IMG/VR virus record: IMGVR_UViG_3300044620_001883
Span: 136,256 to 200,255 of that record
DNA length: 64,000 nt
Source of the DNA: a virus
Lineage: Duplodnaviria > Caudoviricetes
Reading direction: 5' to 3' (one strand)
Shown: one piece after another, positions 17,307 to 23,588 of the stretch
How positions within the stretch are numbered: the first letter of the stretch is position 1
Layout of the letters: the number at the start of each line of letters is the position of its first letter
The notes under the pieces: model-generated
Databases searched by the model: none
What the model was told of the DNA's origin: nothing
What the model saw: only the letters and a program-made list of their open reading frames with translations
Translations under genes and position numbers: made by a program

Positions 17307-17845
17307 ACACACCCCCTCGCAGCTTAACACCATACGGGCAGCAGCTCTGGGCCGCGGCAGATCTTTGCGTCTCCGGTCCAAACCCTCAATCCGAAGATAG
17401 CGCTGAAGACTACTACAAAGCACACGCGGCTTTCAAGGATCTCTGCCGCCCCGCGCGCATGCTGGGCATGCTCAACACCTACGCGGCGCTCAACCCGCAC
17501 CCTGCCGAACCGGCCATGGCCCCTGAGCAGCAAGCAAACCGCATTCAGCGCCTGGAGAAGCTGCTGCTCACGGCCTACGGCTTCCTGGATGTTCTGGATG
17601 GGCTACATGCCCCAGGCTTGAACCTTGATTTCAAGGATGTATTCAGCCCTGAAGACCAGCAACGGCTGCGGGCGCTCAAGGCTGAGGTCCACGGCATCAA
17701 ACTAGCCGGCGCTGCAACGCCCGGCATGTTCGAGCGCATCAAAGCCTTCGCGGCCTCGAAAGAATACGGCGACACCAAGGTCTGCGGACTATGCGGTCAC
17801 ATTCACGCCCACGACACCGGCTGTGCGGGCAGCTCGAACTGCTAA
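17303..17845 (+). CDS. Hypothetical protein
   Basis: Start at 17303; C-terminal CGLCGHIHAHDTGC. Confidence 0.65.
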   Translation: MNTPPRSLTPYGQQLWAAADLCVSGPNPQSEDSAEDYYKAHAAFKDLCRPARMLGMLNTYAALNPHPAEPAMAPEQQANRIQRLEKLLLTAYGFLDVLDGLHAPGLNLDFKDVFSPEDQQRLRALKAEVHGIKLAGAATPGMFERIKAFAASKEYGDTKVCGLCGHIHAHDTGCAGSSNC

Positions 17846-17855
17846 CCATCCACCC

Positions 17856-18347
17856 ATGAATAAACTCATCTTCCTCGACCTCGACGGCGTGCTCCGGATT
17901 CCGGGCCGCTCACCCCAAGACAGTCTGTTCGGTCACGGCTCCCTCGCACCTGAGTGTGTCGCACGTTTCAACCGCATCCTCGACGAGACAGGCGCCGAGT
18001 TTGTTGTGATCAGCACACTGCTGCGCATACACGGTTGGCCAACGCTGTGGGCCGCCTTGGATGAAGCCGGTGTCTACATGGATGCCGCGTGCGCCGAGCC
18101 ATTCCCCATCACAGGTGTACGCTCCAAGAATATCGAAGACTGGTTGCGCGTACATCCGGCCTGCGATTGGTGCGTCATCGACGACGAACTTCGCCACTAC
18201 GAAGACTGGCTTGCCTCCGATGAGATGCGGCATGTCTTCGTCCCTTCCACACGCCACGGCCTTCAAGACAGTACAACCACGAACATCATCAATCACCTCA
18301 ACAACATCACCACCCATGAAAACAGCATCCCCGATGACACCCTCTGA
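17856..18347 (+). CDS. HAD-superfamily hydrolase (RNA-repair-associated HAD_SAK_2-like)
   Basis: KLIFLDLDGVL, EFVVIST and WCVIDDE motifs. Confidence 0.8.
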   Translation: MNKLIFLDLDGVLRIPGRSPQDSLFGHGSLAPECVARFNRILDETGAEFVVISTLLRIHGWPTLWAALDEAGVYMDAACAEPFPITGVRSKNIEDWLRVHPACDWCVIDDELRHYEDWLASDEMRHVFVPSTRHGLQDSTTTNIINHLNNITTHENSIPDDTL

Positions 18348-19605
18348 TCCAACCTGCATGCAGCCAGCACATGCAACCGGTACGGAGGCGGAAGTGTGCG
18401 CCGACATTGCGGCCCGCCAGCAAATCGGAATCGCCAAGTACAAGACGACTGTTCAAGACAACCCACTGTCGTTGCGTGAGTGGCTCCAGCACGCCTACGA
18501 GGAAACGTTGGATCAAGCGATCTACCTCAAGCGAGCAATCTCAGAGGTGGCAACCACCGAAAGCAAGAGTGCGACACAAACATCGCAGCTCCGAGCAGAG
18601 GTACTGTCGCGTCGCATGGATCACTTCCGCAGGACCACAGGACAGGAACCGACGCATGCGATTCTCACCACCAACGCAAGTCTCTACAGCATGGCAGAGT
18701 TCGAACACTACATGCAGCTCGCACCGCATCTGTACTGGTGCAACCCAAAGACCACATGGTATGACCTGCCAAAAGTTTCAGGGGTAGACATGGGTGGGTT
18801 CTACCTGGCCCACCGTCAGGCGAACAACGCCTGGATCGTGGTGCAGCCCAAGTCCGACGCGCACGCCGAATGGGAACACCTTTGGTTGTGGGCCTGGACG
18901 TGCGCCAATGAGGACCCTGAGATTGCACGGCGTATCTGTCGGGAGGCTGAGGAGCGGGAAGCCCAGCGCCCTGCCCCGCCTCCGCCCTCCTGGTTGTACA
19001 GTGCCACGGCTGCCGGGCTGCATCCTATACAGGACAGATACCGTGAGGGGCAGGTCATGGGTGAGCTTAACGACATTGTGAACAAGTTCGTCCAGACAGT
19101 CACGGATTGGTGCACTGTGATCCCAGAGGCGCAGCATCTCAAAAGACCTGAGAACAGCGCGCCTCTAATTCGCTGGCTTGCGGCCCGGTTAGCACCGCAT
19201 GCACAGGTTGAGTACTTGAAGGAGCCGTTCCCGGAACTTGGCAAGGATGCGCAGCCTCCCCGCGCCAGAACGCAGCTCGGTACTGCCGCTCGTGTGGCAA
19301 AGCCCCAGCGAAACATGATTGCCTTCCTCGCGCTATCGGTTGGAGACCTGACGCCAGAAAACGTACGCCAGACTCTGGTCAACGCGATCAAGGCTCCGCC
19401 GTTACTAGCTGAAAACACGGAGATTCGTATGCCGCACCAGCTCTGGGAGTGGTTGCGCGTTCAATCATTGAGCAAGCTCCGTGATGTCTTTGGTGGGGAC
19501 TTCTCTGCCGCTGTCTTTAACGACTACAAACCACAGCTGCTGTTCGGTTACAAGATCCAAGACTGGAGTGCAGACGGTCGTGTGGAGTTCTACGAAAAAG
19601 TTTAA
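18316..19605 (+). CDS. Multi-module protein with an N-terminal MazG-like/all-alpha NTP-pyrophosphatase-type domain
   Basis: ARQQIGIAKYKTTV...LREWLQHAYEETLDQAIYLKRAI, followed by unrelated modules. Confidence 0.5.
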   Translation: MKTASPMTPSDPTCMQPAHATGTEAEVCADIAARQQIGIAKYKTTVQDNPLSLREWLQHAYEETLDQAIYLKRAISEVATTESKSATQTSQLRAEVLSRRMDHFRRTTGQEPTHAILTTNASLYSMAEFEHYMQLAPHLYWCNPKTTWYDLPKVSGVDMGGFYLAHRQANNAWIVVQPKSDAHAEWEHLWLWAWTCANEDPEIARRICREAEEREAQRPAPPPPSWLYSATAAGLHPIQDRYREGQVMGELNDIVNKFVQTVTDWCTVIPEAQHLKRPENSAPLIRWLAARLAPHAQVEYLKEPFPELGKDAQPPRARTQLGTAARVAKPQRNMIAFLALSVGDLTPENVRQTLVNAIKAPPLLAENTEIRMPHQLWEWLRVQSLSKLRDVFGGDFSAAVFNDYKPQLLFGYKIQDWSADGRVEFYEKV

Positions 19606-19622
19606 CCCCTACCCCACACACC

Positions 19623-19808
19623 ATGATCAACCGTGAATTCATTGCCCGAGAACTCTACACCGCTTACTGCGCTGCAGTAGGTGGCAAAGCCTTCAATGGA
19701 GATCCCCTCCCCCGTTGGGAAGACTTCTCCTTCGACCTGACCAAAACTAAACAAGTACAGGGTTGGCTCGCTGCTGCGGACCGCGCCTTGGAACTGCTGA
19801 ACAAATAA
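19623..19808 (+). CDS. Small conserved-looking phage hypothetical protein
   Basis: AYCAAVGGKAFNGDPLPRW; cacaccATG start context. Confidence 0.7.
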   Translation: MINREFIARELYTAYCAAVGGKAFNGDPLPRWEDFSFDLTKTKQVQGWLAAADRALELLNK

Positions 19809-19818
19809 ACATACAACC

Positions 19819-20679
19819 ATGCCCACTACCTCTACATTCCCAGACCTCCTGCCCGGCCAAGCTTCCATGGCAGATCCTACAGCTGTCCGGTACCTCCAGA
19901 CGGCGCTTAACAGCCAAGGCTATCCGGTGCCCGTCAACGGCAAGTACGACAAAGCCACCATCGCCGCTGTCTTCAACTTCCAGGGTGTCCGGCTAGACCG
20001 TAAAGGTCGTCACCTCAAAGCTGACGGCTGGGTTGGTCCTGCCACTTGGTGGGCCATTCAGAATCCGTCAGGCGCGTCCCAGAAGTCCAACCTCGAGGGC
20101 GACACCCGCAAGGGGTTGTCTGCTGAACGCCGCGCAATCATCAAAGCTTTCCTGAAGGACCACACAGCCGGGGTGCGGGAGATCCCTGATGGTGCCAACT
20201 ACGGTGACGGTGTGACCCGCTACCTGACTGTCATCGGTCCTGCGTACTGGTGCTGCTACGCTGTCAGCACATGGCACAAAGATGCAGTGGGCACCTGGCC
20301 CTTCGGGGAACGCTTCGGGTTAGTGGCCGGGATCTGGAATGAAGCCAAAGAGCGCGGACGCGCGATCCTGAAGGAGGACACCAGCACGGCTGTCCCGGGC
20401 GATGCGTTCGTGATGCTGTACCGGAATGCCAAAGGCAGACTCACAGGCCTGGGTCACATCGGGCTTGTCCTGACTGCCAGCCAAGACGGGGAGTCCTTCA
20501 ATACCGGCGAAGGTAATGCCGGCAATCGCGTGAAGATCAGCCGGCGTGAGACTGACCAGGACACGCTGGTCGGTTACATTGACTTCTTCGGGGACCGGGC
20601 TGCTGTCCTTCCCAAGTTCGAACGTGGGCTGTTGTCCAAGTCGGAAGCGGCGGATTCGTCACTAGCTGGCACACGCTGA
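19819..20679 (+). CDS. Endolysin: PG-binding domain plus CHAP amidase
   Basis: VRYLQTALNSQGY...NGKYDKATIAAVFNFQ...ADGWVGPATW; catalytic YWCCYAV, PGD, GHIGLV, GEGN. Confidence 0.88.
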   Translation: MPTTSTFPDLLPGQASMADPTAVRYLQTALNSQGYPVPVNGKYDKATIAAVFNFQGVRLDRKGRHLKADGWVGPATWWAIQNPSGASQKSNLEGDTRKGLSAERRAIIKAFLKDHTAGVREIPDGANYGDGVTRYLTVIGPAYWCCYAVSTWHKDAVGTWPFGERFGLVAGIWNEAKERGRAILKEDTSTAVPGDAFVMLYRNAKGRLTGLGHIGLVLTASQDGESFNTGEGNAGNRVKISRRETDQDTLVGYIDFFGDRAAVLPKFERGLLSKSEAADSSLAGTR

Positions 20680-20757
20680 AAATTTCCCTGCTGTTTCTAG
20701 TCACCTCCTCTGGGGGTGGCGCAGTGGGAACTAAACAAACATCGGAGCTAGAACCCT

Positions 20758-20925
20758 ATGAATGAAGAAGTAATCGATAAACTGAAAGAGGCCATAAAGG
20801 CCTGTGCTGAAGCCGCAGCAAAAACCGGCGTAACCTGTGTTGAGGCGCTGCAGTTCACACAAGCAGCCTTGAATGCTACAAACGCCATCATTGGCCTCAT
20901 GAGCGCGGAGCGCCAGCTCAAGTAA
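20758..20925 (+). CDS. Small helical hypothetical protein (55 aa; not in the supplied track)
   Basis: MNEEVIDKLKEAIKACAEAAAK...AERQLK*, read manually. Confidence 0.6.
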   Translation: MNEEVIDKLKEAIKACAEAAAKTGVTCVEALQFTQAALNATNAIIGLMSAERQLK

Positions 20926-20933
20926 ACCCCTGT

Positions 20934-21007
20934 GCCCGCTGCGCTGTCGCTCTCCATCGAAGCTTGGCTCATCGAAAGAGGAGCCTCGGGACTTCAGCGC
21001 GGTGGGC
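20934..21007 (+). ncRNA. Candidate structured RNA element or terminator
   Basis: 13-bp stem 20934-20946/20995-21007 enclosing a GGCTC-A-TC-GAAA-GA-G-GAGCC hairpin; followed by CAACCTTTTCT. Confidence 0.4.
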
Positions 21008-21023
21008 CAACCTTTTCTAAACT

Positions 21024-21281
21024 ATGCCTGACAAAATAACACCCTTGAGAATAATCCAACCCACACCTCCAGCTGCCGAGGTCCCGGCAGAAGTCATTGC
21101 TACCTCGATCACCCAGATCGCGAAGGCCATGAAGGACCTGACTAGTACGCGGCTCGGCCGTAATGCGATCGTGACCCTGATCCACGCTGCCAGCAAGGTT
21201 CCCAAGCGTGACATCGTGGCCGTCATGGGCAGCCTCGAGAATCTGGAGCGTGACTGGCTGAAACCCAAACCCAAGGCGTGA
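21024..21281 (+). CDS. Hypothetical protein
   Basis: 85 aa, coupled to the next gene. Confidence 0.7.
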   Translation: MPDKITPLRIIQPTPPAAEVPAEVIATSITQIAKAMKDLTSTRLGRNAIVTLIHAASKVPKRDIVAVMGSLENLERDWLKPKPKA

Positions 21282-21562
21282 ACGCAGATAACACAGATCG
21301 CATCTTGCAAGACCTCAAGCAAACCATCGACAAGTTACCACCGACCGCAATTGGCGTTGTGCTGGAAACCTGGCGCGTGCGAATTGACGATATTCGAAAA
21401 CAACTAAAGTTTACAGGCAGATCACTAACAGACGTAACGTGCCCAGCTGCGCGTGAGCTGATGACGCTGGAAATGGCCGTACGTCAAATCGAGGCGGCCT
21501 GTGCTGTTGAGCGCGGGGATGGACTCGATGCCATCCGTATCCTTTTGAACCCCACCCCATGA
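21278..21562 (+). CDS. Hypothetical protein
   Basis: 94 aa, coupled on both sides. Confidence 0.6.
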   Translation: MNADNTDRILQDLKQTIDKLPPTAIGVVLETWRVRIDDIRKQLKFTGRSLTDVTCPAARELMTLEMAVRQIEAACAVERGDGLDAIRILLNPTP

Positions 21563-22188
21563 GCACCACCCGTCGCGAGAAAGCCCGACGACTCAAGAAC
21601 GCAGAGGGTGTGATCATCTGCAGCTGTGGCTGTGGTCAGATTCCAAAGCCACCACGTCAGACTTGGTTCAGCCAGGCCTGCGTGGATGGTTGGCGGGAGA
21701 AGAATGATCCGGGGTACATCCGCCAGCAGATGCTGAAGCGCGACAAGGGGATCTGCGCTCTGTGTGGTGTCGACTGCGTCAAGATCCAGAAGACAGTACA
21801 GCGGCTGCAACACCTGCTGCGCTGCAGCCCTCCAGATCACGGTCAGCGCAAGTTCCGGGAAGGTCACAGTTACAACGGGCAGTTTCTGCGCAGCAAGTAC
21901 GACAGGTGCCTGGCAATCTGGCAACGGTGGCGGCACAAGCGTATTACAGCTGCCAGGAACCGACTGGAGCGTATCAGGGCTCAGGGTTGGAACCTGGACC
22001 GGAAGACACAATGGGATGCGGATCACATCCTACCCGTCATCGAGGGTGGGGGTCTGTGTGGTCTTGTCTCGATGCAGACACTGTGCGTACCTTGTCATAA
22101 GGAGAAAACCAAACAGCATGCAAAAGACCGGGCGCAAAGAAGGCGAGAGAGTAGTGGGTGTTTACCAGATCAAGTGCCTGGTAACTAG
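21559..22188 (+). CDS. HNH endonuclease
   Basis: CSCGCG, RDKGICALCG, WDADHILPVIEGGG...QTLCVPCHKEKT. Confidence 0.88.
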   Translation: MSTTRREKARRLKNAEGVIICSCGCGQIPKPPRQTWFSQACVDGWREKNDPGYIRQQMLKRDKGICALCGVDCVKIQKTVQRLQHLLRCSPPDHGQRKFREGHSYNGQFLRSKYDRCLAIWQRWRHKRITAARNRLERIRAQGWNLDRKTQWDADHILPVIEGGGLCGLVSMQTLCVPCHKEKTKQHAKDRAQRRRESSGCLPDQVPGN

Positions 22189-22927
22189 CCATGTCTATGT
22201 GGGCAGCTCTGTGCACTGCCTGCGGCGGTTTAAGTATCACAAGACGCAGCTCCGAGGCGGTACGCACACCAACAGACACCTACAAGCGGCGTGGTGTAAG
22301 TACGGCGAAGCGCAGTTTGAGTTCATGATTATTAGACAGCTCACGGCTCCTTTGGGACCTGAGGTGTTGCTAACCTGTGAACGAGCCCTCTGTGTGAAGC
22401 TTAAAGCCCTTGATCCGTGCCACGGTTACAACCAACAGCAACCCGGTGCGGTGTACTGCCGTAGCACCGCTGAAGAGACCAAGCGCAAAATAGGCGACGC
22501 CAACCGAGGTAAGAAGAGAACACCAGAACAGGTTAAGCGCGCGCGTGATGCATTTTTACTGGCTACCGCGGGCAGGCCAGGTCCGAATAAAGGACGCAAG
22601 TTTGGACCCGATGTGCGACAGAAGATACGTCAAGCCCGTCTAGGCCGTCCGTCCTACACACGCAGTGCGGCGACGCTGCAAAAGCAGTCGTTAGTTTTGA
22701 AGAGCTTTTACACAACACCCAAGGGGCAGATTCTACGCGCCGCGCGCGGGAGGCCAGCGGAGCCGTGCACCAACTGTAGCTGTATCGTTAAGACACGCCG
22801 ACGCGGTTTATGCGGAGCATGTAACGAGTACAAGAGGCGCACAGGGAACGCTCGACCTCCTGGAGGTTTTCCACAGGGTGGAGGCAGGCATGGGCGAAAA
22901 ACCCTGGCAAAGCCGCACGCTTTGTAA
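22118..22927 (+). mobile_element. Free-standing GIY-YIG homing endonuclease with NUMOD3-like repeats and a C-terminal Zn finger
   Basis: VGVYQIKC...VYVGSS...RRFKYH...HTNRHLQAAW.KYG..QFEF; TAEETKRKIGDANRGKKRT; CTNC...CGAC; start overlaps the 3' end of the HNH gene. Confidence 0.88.
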
Positions 22928-23030
22928 CCCCTGCCACAAAAAGGTCACCAAGGAACTAGCAGCCCGGCGAGCTGAACACCGCAGGCAGGAGAAAAAGCAG
23001 TTGCAAACCCTGACCGTTTCGCCATCATGA
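22917..23030 (+). pseudogene. Orphaned duplicate of the HNH C-terminus
   Basis: TLCNPCHKKVTKELAARRAEHRRQE aligns with TLCVPCHKEKTKQHAKDRAQRRRES of the HNH gene. Confidence 0.75.
23001..23028 (+). promoter_or_regulatory. Putative promoter TTGCAA-N16-CATCAT for the downstream ncRNA candidate
   Basis: Predicted start (~23035) coincides with the first paired base of the structure. Confidence 0.5.
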
Positions 23031-23034
23031 CTGT

Positions 23035-23167
23035 GCCGCGTGTCGCAACCGGTTTCCCCAGAGAAGAGATTCTGAAATAGCGGATTCGTCCTGCAACATC
23101 AGATCTTACCATCAGACCCCTTCTACAGGTCTACAGGTAATCTGGGAGACCGGCCTCGACACGCGGC
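23035..23167 (+). ncRNA. Candidate ~133-nt three-way-junction non-coding RNA
   Basis: Perfect 11-bp terminal stem plus a 13-bp continuation; two internal hairpins, one with a UUCG loop; intergenic; flanked by promoters. Confidence 0.65.
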
Positions 23168-23184
23168 TCTTTGCGTACATGGCG

Positions 23185-23213
23185 TTGACGTCCAGCCAGT
23201 GACCTCGTAATGT
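23185..23213 (+). promoter_or_regulatory. Putative promoter TTGACG-N17-TAATGT; near-leaderless to ATG 23221
   Basis: Near-consensus sigma70-type elements. Confidence 0.65.
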
Positions 23214-23220
23214 CCAGATC

Positions 23221-23583
23221 ATGGACACATCCAAGTACCGCCCCCTTGCCTATCTGCTGGGCTCCAAGACAACTTATTCTGCCGCCGACGCTGTAGGCAG
23301 TCCGGCGAATCGGAACATGTACCGCCACCACACCTTCCAGCGCATTGTGAAGGATGAAGGCGGCGGCAACCCTGCCGTTAAGATCCAGGCGCGGATCATC
23401 CCCGTCGAGGACGCTGTGGATGCCGCGGAGTGGTCCACCATTGCCACACTCAACAACTCCACACCCATTGCCTTCTTCGGTCACACGCTCTTGCCGGCTG
23501 TCCGGGCTGTACGTGATGACGGCAGCACTGTGGAAATCAAGGTCTTGGTGTTCAGTGGCAATGACCGTGACGATGAAGGCTGA
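23221..23583 (+). CDS. Hypothetical beta-rich protein
   Basis: 120 aa, first gene of the operon containing the beta' C-terminal half. Confidence 0.75.
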   Translation: MDTSKYRPLAYLLGSKTTYSAADAVGSPANRNMYRHHTFQRIVKDEGGGNPAVKIQARIIPVEDAVDAAEWSTIATLNNSTPIAFFGHTLLPAVRAVRDDGSTVEIKVLVFSGNDRDDEG

Positions 23584-23588
23584 TCCCT

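Noticed and set aside
18061-18315. Upstream extensions of ORFs as given in the track (also 27246, 33637, 38500, 26420, 21764)
   Set aside because: The extensions overlap the preceding genes. Internal ATGs with typical C-rich context or promoter spacing give better starts.
20700-20720. Hairpin GTCACCTCC-TCT-GGGGGTGGC after the endolysin as a terminator
   Set aside because: 3-nt loop, two G-U pairs and no U-tract on either strand; too weak to call.
20971-20985. c-di-GMP-I riboswitch, because of the TCGAAAGAG similarity
   Set aside because: The other conserved elements (GGCAAAC, GCAAAG, second stem with tetraloop receptor) are absent.
22075-23220. Group I intron carrying the GIY-YIG ORF
   Set aside because: The ORF fills nearly all the space between the two HNH C-terminal copies, no P7-type R/S core sequences were recognisable, and the upstream HNH is already complete without splicing.
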